52,402 bases of DNA, from positions 1-52,402 of IMG/VR virus record IMGVR_UViG_3300029268_000024. One strand, written 5' to 3'. The DNA comes from a virus (lineage: Duplodnaviria > Caudoviricetes). Positions 1 through 8,977 of the stretch are shown here, piece after piece. The notes beneath the pieces are model-generated. The model searched no databases. It was not told the origin of the DNA and saw nothing but the letters and a program-made list of their open reading frames with translations. Positions within the stretch are counted from its first letter, which is position 1; every line of letters starts with the position of its first letter. The position numbers and the translations under genes were made by a program.

Positions 1-212
1 CACGTAAATGCAGGTATTTCCCTCTGAATTAATCCAAAAACCTCTTCGTGAGTTATACCGTTTTTTTGACCCCATGTAGCAGAAATTTCAGGAGCCAATC
101 TAACACTATCAGATTTAAAATTATCGGTTCTCGTATATCCGAATATAGACCCCTTACCAAACCAATTATCGGAAGGCTTGGGAAAAGAATTACCTATCCT
201 ATATATCTTCAT
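1..212 (-). CDS. Hypothetical protein, truncated by window edge (not in ORF track); starts MKIYRIG
   Basis: ATG at 212-210 overlaps the stop of 209..670 (ATGA). The frame is open to the window start: MKIYRIGNSFPKPSDNWFGKG... Confidence 0.75.
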   Translation of the reverse strand, partial: MKIYRIGNSFPKPSDNWFGKGSIFGYTRTDNFKSDSVRLAPEISATWGQKNGITHEEVFGLIQREIPAFT

Positions 213-670
213 CTAATCTGTTCCAAATCAAAAGCATCAAGATTAACTATAATCAACTGTTTCCCACTAGGAATTCCGGGGCCACTATGTTTAATTAAAT
301 ACGCATCTGTATTAGGTATTGTTTTAATATAGTCTTCAACAGAATAAGGAAATCTTTGATAATTACTTCGGTTTACTTCTGGCACAACATAATATTTCAT
401 TTCTTTTTTAAGTTTTGACACATTCTTTTTAATGACCTCAATAATTCCATTAATGTGATATTCAGATGTTAAATCTTCTATATGACATCCGGATTTAGGA
501 TAAGCCATCCAAACATGCCTAGAATCTTTTGTATAATATTCTGACATTCCAAGATTAGTAACAGGAGAAAAATAATAACCCCATCCCGCTTCCCCCGTAG
601 CTTTAGTCAAACTTTCTGAGTTCTCTCCACGAATAAATGCGTTGGTAGCCCCTATCCTGTATATCTTCAC
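209..670 (-). CDS. Hypothetical protein, possibly ADP-ribosyltransferase-like
   Basis: 153 aa, GTGA-coupled to the upstream gene. FIRGE...GWGYYFS weakly resembles ART-like R and GxGxYF motifs. Confidence 0.55.
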   Translation of the reverse strand: MKIYRIGATNAFIRGENSESLTKATGEAGWGYYFSPVTNLGMSEYYTKDSRHVWMAYPKSGCHIEDLTSEYHINGIIEVIKKNVSKLKKEMKYYVVPEVNRSNYQRFPYSVEDYIKTIPNTDAYLIKHSGPGIPSGKQLIIVNLDAFDLEQIR

Positions 671-1176
671 GCTAATTGTCCTTGTGATAAAATTAAATTT
701 TCTATTGCCGATATGACTCCCGGATGAATATCTTCAGGAAGCCGATCCGCATCAAACCATCCCGCCTCCTCATTCTCCCAATTCAATTTCAATTTCTGAT
801 TAATCCATGCTTTTTGTTGAGGACTAACTACAGATAGAAATGTAGTATAATTGAAATTATTATCCGTGGTTGTATGACTTCCCTCTTCCCGATCATGCTT
901 CGGTAAATGCCCCATCTCCTGTTGAACCTCACTATATGCCGAATCTCTTAATTCATCTTCGGAAAACTCAGGAGATTCAACATCGTCATCGTAGTCGGCA
1001 TCCGTTCCCTTCATCGCCCCACCCGGTATACTCCAAATATCAGGATCTTCTACTTCTTGAGAACGCCTTAAAAGAAGAACCGTATTATCGTCAGGGCAAA
1101 AATACATAACACCAGAACCGGCTAAACCCCATCTGGCTTGCTTAATCAGGCTTGTAAAACGATAAATCTTCACCAT
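667..1176 (-). CDS. NUDIX hydrolase
   Basis: LLLRRS...WSIPGG followed by a divergent Nudix box (SAYSEVQQEMG) after an acidic insertion; C-terminal ENEEAGWF...LP..IHPG. Confidence 0.85.
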   Translation of the reverse strand: MVKIYRFTSLIKQARWGLAGSGVMYFCPDDNTVLLLRRSQEVEDPDIWSIPGGAMKGTDADYDDDVESPEFSEDELRDSAYSEVQQEMGHLPKHDREEGSHTTTDNNFNYTTFLSVVSPQQKAWINQKLKLNWENEEAGWFDADRLPEDIHPGVISAIENLILSQGQLA

Positions 1177-1219
1177 GTATCATTCAAAAAAATGAAAGAT
1201 AAATCCTGTAAATTGGACC

Positions 1220-1270
1220 AAAAAGAAGCCCTAGAGAAATCTAGAGCTTCTTTATATTCTAAGCTATACT
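1220..1270 (-). terminator. Intrinsic terminator (copy 2 of a duplicated 3' UTR)
   Basis: Minus strand GAAGCTCTAGA-TTTC-TCTAGGGCTTC followed by a T run; near-identical to 1527-1579. Confidence 0.75.
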
Positions 1271-1398
1271 TAATGAACTAAATCTTGAGTTACGTGAAGA
1301 CCCTGAGATCCTACATTAACATTTACCTTAAGAACTACCGCAGCAATAATAACCATTACAATAACAACTATAATCCATACCCATCTTGGCATATTCAT
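1270..1398 (-). CDS. Small single-pass membrane protein, 42 aa (not in ORF track)
   Basis: MNMPRWVWIIVVIVMVIIAAVVLKVNVNVGSQGLHVTQDLVH*, with a GGAGG RBS, a promoter-like motif at 1436-1461 and a terminator after the stop. Confidence 0.75.
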   Translation of the reverse strand: MNMPRWVWIIVVIVMVIIAAVVLKVNVNVGSQGLHVTQDLVH

Positions 1399-1526
1399 AA
1401 TATAACCTCCCGCTAGTGTTTAGATACACGATATAGTTCTATAATTTGGTAAAAATAGCCTATGGGGTATAACCCTACCTATGCCAACATCAGTCAACTT
1501 ATCAGCTTGTTCCCTTGTAAATTTAC

Positions 1527-1579
1527 AAAAAAAGAAGCCCTAGATCTCTCTAGGGCTTCCTTACATTCTAAGCTATACT
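1527..1579 (-). terminator. Intrinsic terminator of the capsid operon (copy 1 of the duplicated 3' UTR)
   Basis: GAAGCCCTAGA-GAGA-TCTAGGGCTTC plus a T run directly after the capsid stop. Confidence 0.85.
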
Positions 1580-1583
1580 ACTA

Positions 1584-2450
1584 TTAGCTACCAGCAGTTA
1601 CAGTAACCTTGGCTACTGCGTAACTGTTGATGATTACGATACCCACTTCTTCGTAGATCACCCAACCTAAGCGTAATTTTTTCGGATCATCAGCAGGAAG
1701 AACGGTGATATCCTGTCTGATTGGGAATGCGCCTACGTACTCAGCAGGGGCGAGTAGGAACACTGTATCCGTTGGGCACTTGGATGATACGTGAATATCA
1801 GCCGTAAATAGATGTCCAAACAAACCAGTTGTCAATACTTCCTTCTGCGTAGCTTCATCGTAAACGGTCTTACCGAAGTTACGAACGTCTGCATATCTCA
1901 AAGCGTGACATACGATCTTACCAACCGTCAAGTCGTGCTGTTCGATGGTAGCAAACGCTTGGTTCAACGCCTGTAGGGTCAACGTACCACCAGTAGAAAC
2001 TACTGTATGGGCCGCATCGACTGCTGCGTTAACTGCGTTGAAGATGTTTAGATCCTCTTCCTTCTGGATCGCTTCCTTAGCCTTGATCTGCGCTCTGTCA
2101 ACGATGTAGAAGCGACGGGCTTTTACTTCGGACAAACGGATTGTCGGGTTGGTTGCAATTTCAAAGGTAGGAACTAGAACTTCTTCACCTTCTGTGATCA
2201 TATCAGGTACAGCACCACGTCTTGAAATAACATGGGCCGTAGCTCTAACGTCTTTTTCGTATCTAGCATAAGCACCCTGAGGAAGTTCGTCTACCATAAG
2301 TAGCTTTCTTCCAACAGCCTGATACTCCAAAGCCCTACGAATAGGTTCAACCATTGCTTGAGCAAGGGCGACTCTACCCTGAGGGGTGTCTAGAGCTTGG
2401 GCGATTAGTGCTTCTCTTTCTGCATTTACTGCTCTTTTATCTATTGCCAT
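1584..2450 (-). CDS. Major capsid protein (HK97 fold)
   Basis: 288 aa. The sequence pattern (RKLLMVDELPQG, PTFEI, IQKEED, GWVIYEEVG) fits HK97/encapsulin-like capsids. Strong AAGGAG RBS; follows the protease and decoration genes. Confidence 0.85.
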   Translation of the reverse strand: MAIDKRAVNAEREALIAQALDTPQGRVALAQAMVEPIRRALEYQAVGRKLLMVDELPQGAYARYEKDVRATAHVISRRGAVPDMITEGEEVLVPTFEIATNPTIRLSEVKARRFYIVDRAQIKAKEAIQKEEDLNIFNAVNAAVDAAHTVVSTGGTLTLQALNQAFATIEQHDLTVGKIVCHALRYADVRNFGKTVYDEATQKEVLTTGLFGHLFTADIHVSSKCPTDTVFLLAPAEYVGAFPIRQDITVLPADDPKKLRLGWVIYEEVGIVIINSYAVAKVTVTAGS

Positions 2451-2514
2451 TTGTACTATCTCCTTTTAGTTGTTCTATAGGGCATTAGCCTATAAAATGA
2501 ACTGTTTTCTTTAA

Positions 2515-3060
2515 TTATATTGTGAGTTTGATTTCGATATACGTATTGTTATAGGCATTACCAGCAGCCGAAGGTACTTCTCCACCAAGAGCCTGATCGC
2601 CGTTAAGATCGACGCCGGGAACTCCAGACGGATAGATACCAGCCAAACGTGTTAGACGAGCAACCACAATACCCGTATTATAGGTATCGCTTGTTTCTAG
2701 AATACCAGCTACAGCATAGAGTGGGCAGAGGTATGTACCCGCTGCGCCAGCTACGTTTGCCGCAAACTGATCTGTTGCGAACTCACCACCACTGTGATAA
2801 ACTGTCATTTTGCCAGACGCCTTGGTCTCATCGAAGTAATCACTTACACGGTTCTGCCAACCAGCGGCAACACCGGGCATATACGAAGCACTCGTTTTCT
2901 TGGTATCCCCCGCAATTCCGTAAGGAATAGGGTGGGCTGTGGACTGGATTTCAACTTCTCCATCCTCATTAAGAGTAACGATTTGCCCTTCTTTGATTTC
3001 CTGAAGCGCAGCAACAGTTTGTTCAGCAGCTACTACATGGAATTTTTCTACTAAAGCCAT
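2515..3060 (-). CDS. Probable capsid decoration/cement protein
   Basis: 181 aa, Gly/Ala/Val-rich and beta-like (SGKMTVYHSGGEFATDQF), immediately upstream of the capsid gene. Confidence 0.65.
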   Translation of the reverse strand: MALVEKFHVVAAEQTVAALQEIKEGQIVTLNEDGEVEIQSTAHPIPYGIAGDTKKTSASYMPGVAAGWQNRVSDYFDETKASGKMTVYHSGGEFATDQFAANVAGAAGTYLCPLYAVAGILETSDTYNTGIVVARLTRLAGIYPSGVPGVDLNGDQALGGEVPSAAGNAYNNTYIEIKLTI

Positions 3061-3275
3061 ATTTAATCTCCTTATTATTTTGTTTAACTGTTCTTTTCCA
3101 CAATTGGCAGGAATTATTCCAACTTGATAAAATCGTTCTCTTATTCTTTGGTTTCAACTTTTATATTTTCGTATTTATACTCTCGATAAATCTACAGTGC
3201 CTTAAGCCAACTTCAGTATGTGATTCTATAAAAATATAAAAACTCCTTCATTTATTACACTTTTTTTATAGACAA

Positions 3276-3311
3276 AAAAGAACCCGTAATTTTTGATTAC
3301 GGGTTCTTTTG
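3276..3311 (-). terminator. Intrinsic terminator (potentially bidirectional)
   Basis: AAAAGAACCCGTAAT-TTTTG-ATTACGGGTTCTTTT inverted repeat after the 1882-aa gene. Confidence 0.85.
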
Positions 3312-3328
3312 TTTTTCTTTTTTATCAA

Positions 3329-6300
3329 TTACTTTGTATGGTCTGTGAATTGAGATATGATTCTACTAACTAGATCATCTCCCTCTTGGGTCGCTTTAGA
3401 TTCAAGAACAATAGCGGGAACCTGATGTCCCGAAGCTTCTACTGACTTCGCAGGCTCTTTGGAAGCGATTTTAATTGTTCTTTCGGGGAACAAGCTTTCT
3501 GCCATTGTAGGAATCTGATCAATTTCAAATGCTGTTAACGCTTTAACTACTGCATTAAACGTGCTTCTATCTGAAGCGATTCTCTGATTTGCCGCTAACC
3601 AAGCCGTTGTTTTAATGGCTTCGGTTTCTCTGGCCTTAGAGATTCTTTCCAGTTGTTGTTCACGTTTCTGTTGAACGTTCTTGAGCATTTCGCTATTAAT
3701 TCCGGGCATATCTTTTTGAACTTCTTTCTCATGCCCCATATAAGCCGAATCTATGGGAACATCGGGACCTTTTAGTGTCTCGTTGATTAGAGAATCAGCT
3801 TCTCTTTCTTTGCCCATATAGGCTTCGCTTCTAGGAACATCAGGGCCTTTATTCGGCTTATTGATTGCTGAATCGGCTTTGCTTTCTTCTCCCATCTTAG
3901 CATCGGCTCTAGGAACCTTAGCTTCAACATCTTTCTCAACGGTTTCTACTTCTGTCATCTGCTTAGCTTCCTTAACCTGTTTGGCATCTGAAGCGATAAC
4001 TGTACCCTTGATTTCGTTGTTGATAGCAGGCATTCCTTTTTGAACTTCCTGCTCATGTCCCATATATGCGCTATCTACAGCAACATCAGGGAGTTTCAAT
4101 TCTTTATTAATCAAAGAATCAGCTTCTTTTTCTTTACCCATATAGGCATCGGCTCTAGGAACATTAGGTTTAGCGAGTGTCTTATTAATCAAAGAATCTG
4201 CATCCTTTTCGCTCCCCATATAAGCTTCCTTACGAGGGACACCTGCTTCTACGTCCTTTTCGATGTGCTCTATCTTCGTAGGCATACCCGCCATTTTTAA
4301 TGTTGCCATATCCAAAACCTCCTCATTTGTTTTTCTAACTCTCTGACCATTCATTTGCATAGCCTGTTTGACTTCATCCTCGTTGGAAGATGTCTTTATA
4401 TCTTTTTCAGTTGCCGCACTAGTTTCACCTTTGCTAGTTTCTTTGCTAGTTTCACCCTTGCTAGTATCACCTTTGTCGCATTTGCAGAAGTTTAAAGGCT
4501 TCTTGCATTTATCGCAGCATTTTCCAGCTTCTTTAACTACAGGAGCTTCAACTTTAGCTTCTTTGGCGACAGGAGCTTCAACTTTAGCTTCTTTAGCAAC
4601 AGGAGTTTCGGCCTTTACTTCGGGCTTAACTTCCTTGACCAGTTCCAGATCAACCTCTATTTCTTTAGCAGGAGGAAGACTGGAACTAATATCTTTATCT
4701 AGCTCAGCTTCAACTTTTAATCCGGCATCGATAGCCGCTTGTTTCTTTTGCTCTTCTTCGAGATCATATAGGGCTTCGAGTTCTTTTTCTGTCCATCCCT
4801 CGTCCTTACCCTGTTTGATATCTTTTCCGAATGCCTGAGCGTATACGTTTAGCATCCACTTAGAGGCAAAACGCTCTTTGACACAACCACATAGTTCTTC
4901 GGCTTCTTTCGCAGGGAGCTTCTGAACTTGTGTTTGCTCTTCTACGCACTCATCAAACGGATCTTTTTCCATAGAAATAGCAGCAAACTTATTTAAATGA
5001 CGAACCTTTCTGAACCCCAACTTCTGAAGTTCTTTGCAGGCGCATTCAGCTAACATTTTACCCTTGCAAGGTCCGAAAGTAGCTACCGTATTTCCACCAT
5101 ACTGTCTAGCCAATCTTTCAATACAACTCTGCATCGGGAATTTATCAGCCTGTTCCTTAGCCGTCTTCAATAGTTTTTCAACCTTAATGGAAGCAGCAAA
5201 CTTAGAAACTTCTTCTTCGCACCCCTTGCAATTTCCAATATCGGGAGAAATATCCCATGATACTCTTAAGTAACCGATATCAGGATTACTTGCGCTAACC
5301 ATAACGTTCTTTTCTACTTCGGTTCCGCAAGCATCGCACTTAAATTCGGAATGACCATCTTGTTCCTTAGAAGCCTTGCAGTTCTTTTGTCCGCAAGCAG
5401 GGCAAACATGTCCGTGCTTTTTCTTATTTTCTGCAATACGAATAATGGTTCCCTTATCAATTCTCGTCTGAGCGGCAACAGGTAGCGCAGGAACTTCAGG
5501 AGCTTCAGGGGCTTCCGGAGTTTCGGCACCTTCTTCGCCAGAACTCTTGGTAGGTTTAATAATTTTGAATTCCACTATCTTCTTAATTAATGCTTCATAT
5601 TCGGCAGAGCAAGAATTACATTTTCCATGGATATCACCCGCTTCGTTGGAAACATCAACGTCATTACTTCCGCATTCAGGGCAAGTAGATAACATAGGCT
5701 GTTTCTTACCGGCAGTAGGGATATCAATATCTGTCTCATCACCCGGCTTTCCAGTGGTCAATGCCTGAATAGGATCAGCAGCAGGAGCAGGAGATGGAAG
5801 ACCTTGTTCAGATGCTCCCGGTGTAACTCCACCCGCACCTGTCATTGCCCCACCCATAGGAGACTGAGCCGTTTTGGTCATTTTTTTGCTAGAGGCCAAA
5901 GCGGGAGCAGCCATAGAAGCAGGAGCAGCAGAAGCACCGGCAGAAGCACCAGCAGGAGGCATTGTATTACCAAGGCCTTCTCCAGTCATATCTCCTTCGG
6001 GCATGGTTTCAGCACCAGCGGGAGCTTCGGTGCTTCCTACTGGAATATTCGTTGTTCCATCTCCGGTATCAATATTAACTGCGTTTTCTTCCGTATCTGT
6101 CTGAACCGCTATTTGAATTGTATCTCCGCTGATTGTTACATTCGTGATTGAAGCTAGTTTCAAATTCTGAGATGCTAACGCTCCTTTTGTGAAAGCTACA
6201 ATATCCTTACGAAAAGAAGGATTGTCTTTCTGGCATCCCAGCTCCTTAAAATTTGTTTCAATTACCGTATCAGAATTCTTGAGAGCCTGTTTGTTAAGAA

Positions 6301-8977
6301 TTTTTTCCCAGTTTTTTCTTTCAGTCTCACGAATCATTTTCTCATCTTTCTCAACCGTAGCTAAAATTTGAGATCGCTCGGAATCCCTTGCTACCTTCTC
6401 GTCAACCTTGGGCTTCAAAGCTTCTCTCAAAGCCGCCTTCCTATTGACAACTGCTTTCTCTACGCTAGCAGATTCGGCCAACTTAGCTTCGATCTTAGCT
6501 GTAACGCTAGCAATACCGTCTTGTCCTTCCGATACAACATCTATAGCATCAATAAGAACATCTGGATTGATAGTTTTATCAGAAGCAATTTTCCTTAAGC
6601 CATCCACGATCTGTTGAGCAATTTCTTTCTTTCCCGTACTAGCAACCTTGAGATTTTTATTAGACCAGAAAGCAACTCTCTTGGCATAATCAATATCTTC
6701 GCCGCTCTTAGAATCTTCCATAATTGAAACCGCCAAACTATAACGATTCTTGGTAGAGTCCACTAGAGAGGCCGCTACTTCGCAAGCTTCCTGAGGAGTA
6801 CAACCAGAAGAAATAACCGTATTAGCCATTACATCAACGGCAGCATTCATATGATCAGATGCGCTCTTAAACAAGGCAGGATTTCTATCTGCAACTCTAG
6901 CCCAAGGAGCCTGTACATTATCAAGCTGTCTTTCTGTAATTTGATCTTTCTCTCCATCCGTTCTTTGTGCGTCTAGCTGTTTCTGAGTAATTACGTGTTT
7001 CTCATCTTCGGTTCTATTATCACCCTTCATCTGGGCTTCCTGAACAACATCAGGAGTATTATCGGTTCTAGGATTCAGTTTGAGTTCGGTATCGTTCAAT
7101 TGTTTTTCTGTGATATAATCTTTTTCGCCCTTACGCTTTTCGTCCAACTGTTTTTGCGTAACGACATTCTTTTCGTCTCCGGTTCTGCTGTGATAGAGAC
7201 CCTTCTGCTCTAACTGTTTTTCCTGAACAACATCTGGAGTTGCGTTTACACTACTTGCCCCAGCTTGCTTATTAATGTCTGTCATTATACTTTCTCCTTC
7301 TTTTTGGTTATTAAATTTTGTAGCAAATGTTTCCAATAACTTAACTGCTGCATCTTTAGGCGATTCCTTAATTAGCTCTCGTTGTTCCTCCGATAAATCA
7401 TCATACGTCCATACAAAAGAAATATCGGGCTTTTCCTTTTTCTCAGCCACGATAATAAAAGAATCATCCCTTTGTTTTACAGAAAGGCGATTCTCGTTAT
7501 TCTGTATAGATGGCACTTGTTTAATATACTTAGAAAACTCTTGTTTTTCCTGCCACAAGTTTGATAAAACTTCAGTGGCTAGCTTAATCTGCTCAATTTT
7601 CTCAGAAATAGTGCGTCTTTTTCCCATCTCTAGTTCTCCTGTTTTTTCTAATTTTTCACGTAAAGTTGCCGATTTTCTGACAAGTTCAGATCCCGTATTA
7701 ATTCTTATGTCCTCGGATACCTGTTTTGGCTCTAACACAAAATCAGCTATTCTCTGAATTGATCTACTATCTACCACATCAGAAAGTTTCGGTTTTGCAG
7801 GGGTAGTAATTGGAGTTCTAGGTGCTGAAACCAGAGGCTTAGTAGGTGAGCCGGATATTTTTCCTGCACCCAAATTTCCAGTCATACTAGCGGGATTCAC
7901 AGAAGGGGCTCCTCCAATAGGTGCGTTTGCAATAGGGGCACCAGCAGCAGGGGCACCGGGAGCAGCAGCCGCAGGAGCACCTTCTTCTGCATTACCAATT
8001 GTTCCGGGAACCTCACCTTGAACGTTTCCATATCCAGCACCGATAAGTTCTTCTAGCCATGTTTGTAGTTGAGACATTATATCTACTAGATCGCTTGAAA
8101 ATTCCATCTCAACCTGTTTCCTGTTTTTGATTAGGTTGATGGCGATACCTTCCAATGTTTCCAATACTTGTTGAATCTGATCTAATTCTTCCTGACTAGC
8201 TTTCTTTTCAATGGCTGAAGTTTTGATAAACATCAATTCGTTTTCCATCTTAGCAACTTTACTCAGATAGACATCGTTACTCACAATTCCATCAATTCTG
8301 CAAGTAGGACAAGCAGGATCTACTACCGCACTTAGCTCAATAAACTTAAGACCATAATTATATTCAAATACGATCTGATCTTTGAAATCCTTCATCTCGC
8401 CAGTAATTACGTTTCTGGCTCTACCTGTAAATTTTCTACCTTTTCTATTACGGATATGGGTGCAATAATCTTCTGTTTTTTCGGCTCTATTTCCGCAAAT
8501 ATTACAAACGGAATATTCTACGCTACATCCCATCGAAACGCCGGTCACATATTCTTCTTCAATACTTCTGCAAATATGAGGATAGGCATCTCGATCAACA
8601 AAAGCTAAAGTATAAACTGTTTTTTCTTCTGGAACCCATTCGGCATAAATAACCTTACCACGGGCATTTTCCACGTTTTGATTATCATGATTGGTAAAAA
8701 ATGGAACCCCCTCAAATGTTTTGTAGGCCTTGGAAAGTTCTTCTAGAGAAAAATAATCACCATTAGAATTGGAGACATCAGCTTCAATAGCTTTGGCTCT
8801 AAAGAATAGGGCATTGGGGTGCTTGGAAATTTCCGATTTTACTACTCGGTCTTGTTCCGTCCCCGGTTCTATAATAAATTTCCCAGCAGCGGTACGGACA
8901 ATTTTTCCGCTTGCTTCTTGTTCAAAAGTTAACGGATTAATATTAAGAAACGTAAACGAAGCTATTTTTGCTAACAT
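3329..8977 (-). CDS. Prohead maturation protease fused to a very long scaffold/core-like region
   Basis: The N-terminal ~230 aa has head-protease-like motifs (NSNGDYF, TNHD, GVSMG, FIELSAVVDPA) with a CxxC..CxH insert. The rest contains ExQL repeats, CxxC ribbons and C-terminal repeats. It lies between portal and capsid genes. Confidence 0.7.
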   Translation of the reverse strand: MLAKIASFTFLNINPLTFEQEASGKIVRTAAGKFIIEPGTEQDRVVKSEISKHPNALFFRAKAIEADVSNSNGDYFSLEELSKAYKTFEGVPFFTNHDNQNVENARGKVIYAEWVPEEKTVYTLAFVDRDAYPHICRSIEEEYVTGVSMGCSVEYSVCNICGNRAEKTEDYCTHIRNRKGRKFTGRARNVITGEMKDFKDQIVFEYNYGLKFIELSAVVDPACPTCRIDGIVSNDVYLSKVAKMENELMFIKTSAIEKKASQEELDQIQQVLETLEGIAINLIKNRKQVEMEFSSDLVDIMSQLQTWLEELIGAGYGNVQGEVPGTIGNAEEGAPAAAAPGAPAAGAPIANAPIGGAPSVNPASMTGNLGAGKISGSPTKPLVSAPRTPITTPAKPKLSDVVDSRSIQRIADFVLEPKQVSEDIRINTGSELVRKSATLREKLEKTGELEMGKRRTISEKIEQIKLATEVLSNLWQEKQEFSKYIKQVPSIQNNENRLSVKQRDDSFIIVAEKKEKPDISFVWTYDDLSEEQRELIKESPKDAAVKLLETFATKFNNQKEGESIMTDINKQAGASSVNATPDVVQEKQLEQKGLYHSRTGDEKNVVTQKQLDEKRKGEKDYITEKQLNDTELKLNPRTDNTPDVVQEAQMKGDNRTEDEKHVITQKQLDAQRTDGEKDQITERQLDNVQAPWARVADRNPALFKSASDHMNAAVDVMANTVISSGCTPQEACEVAASLVDSTKNRYSLAVSIMEDSKSGEDIDYAKRVAFWSNKNLKVASTGKKEIAQQIVDGLRKIASDKTINPDVLIDAIDVVSEGQDGIASVTAKIEAKLAESASVEKAVVNRKAALREALKPKVDEKVARDSERSQILATVEKDEKMIRETERKNWEKILNKQALKNSDTVIETNFKELGCQKDNPSFRKDIVAFTKGALASQNLKLASITNVTISGDTIQIAVQTDTEENAVNIDTGDGTTNIPVGSTEAPAGAETMPEGDMTGEGLGNTMPPAGASAGASAAPASMAAPALASSKKMTKTAQSPMGGAMTGAGGVTPGASEQGLPSPAPAADPIQALTTGKPGDETDIDIPTAGKKQPMLSTCPECGSNDVDVSNEAGDIHGKCNSCSAEYEALIKKIVEFKIIKPTKSSGEEGAETPEAPEAPEVPALPVAAQTRIDKGTIIRIAENKKKHGHVCPACGQKNCKASKEQDGHSEFKCDACGTEVEKNVMVSASNPDIGYLRVSWDISPDIGNCKGCEEEVSKFAASIKVEKLLKTAKEQADKFPMQSCIERLARQYGGNTVATFGPCKGKMLAECACKELQKLGFRKVRHLNKFAAISMEKDPFDECVEEQTQVQKLPAKEAEELCGCVKERFASKWMLNVYAQAFGKDIKQGKDEGWTEKELEALYDLEEEQKKQAAIDAGLKVEAELDKDISSSLPPAKEIEVDLELVKEVKPEVKAETPVAKEAKVEAPVAKEAKVEAPVVKEAGKCCDKCKKPLNFCKCDKGDTSKGETSKETSKGETSAATEKDIKTSSNEDEVKQAMQMNGQRVRKTNEEVLDMATLKMAGMPTKIEHIEKDVEAGVPRKEAYMGSEKDADSLINKTLAKPNVPRADAYMGKEKEADSLINKELKLPDVAVDSAYMGHEQEVQKGMPAINNEIKGTVIASDAKQVKEAKQMTEVETVEKDVEAKVPRADAKMGEESKADSAINKPNKGPDVPRSEAYMGKEREADSLINETLKGPDVPIDSAYMGHEKEVQKDMPGINSEMLKNVQQKREQQLERISKARETEAIKTTAWLAANQRIASDRSTFNAVVKALTAFEIDQIPTMAESLFPERTIKIASKEPAKSVEASGHQVPAIVLESKATQEGDDLVSRIISQFTDHTK
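4523..4612. repeat. 30-bp coding tandem repeat (about 3 copies, KEAKVEAPVA)
   Basis: Repeated acaggagcttcaactttagcttctt inside the 1882-aa ORF. Confidence 0.8.
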
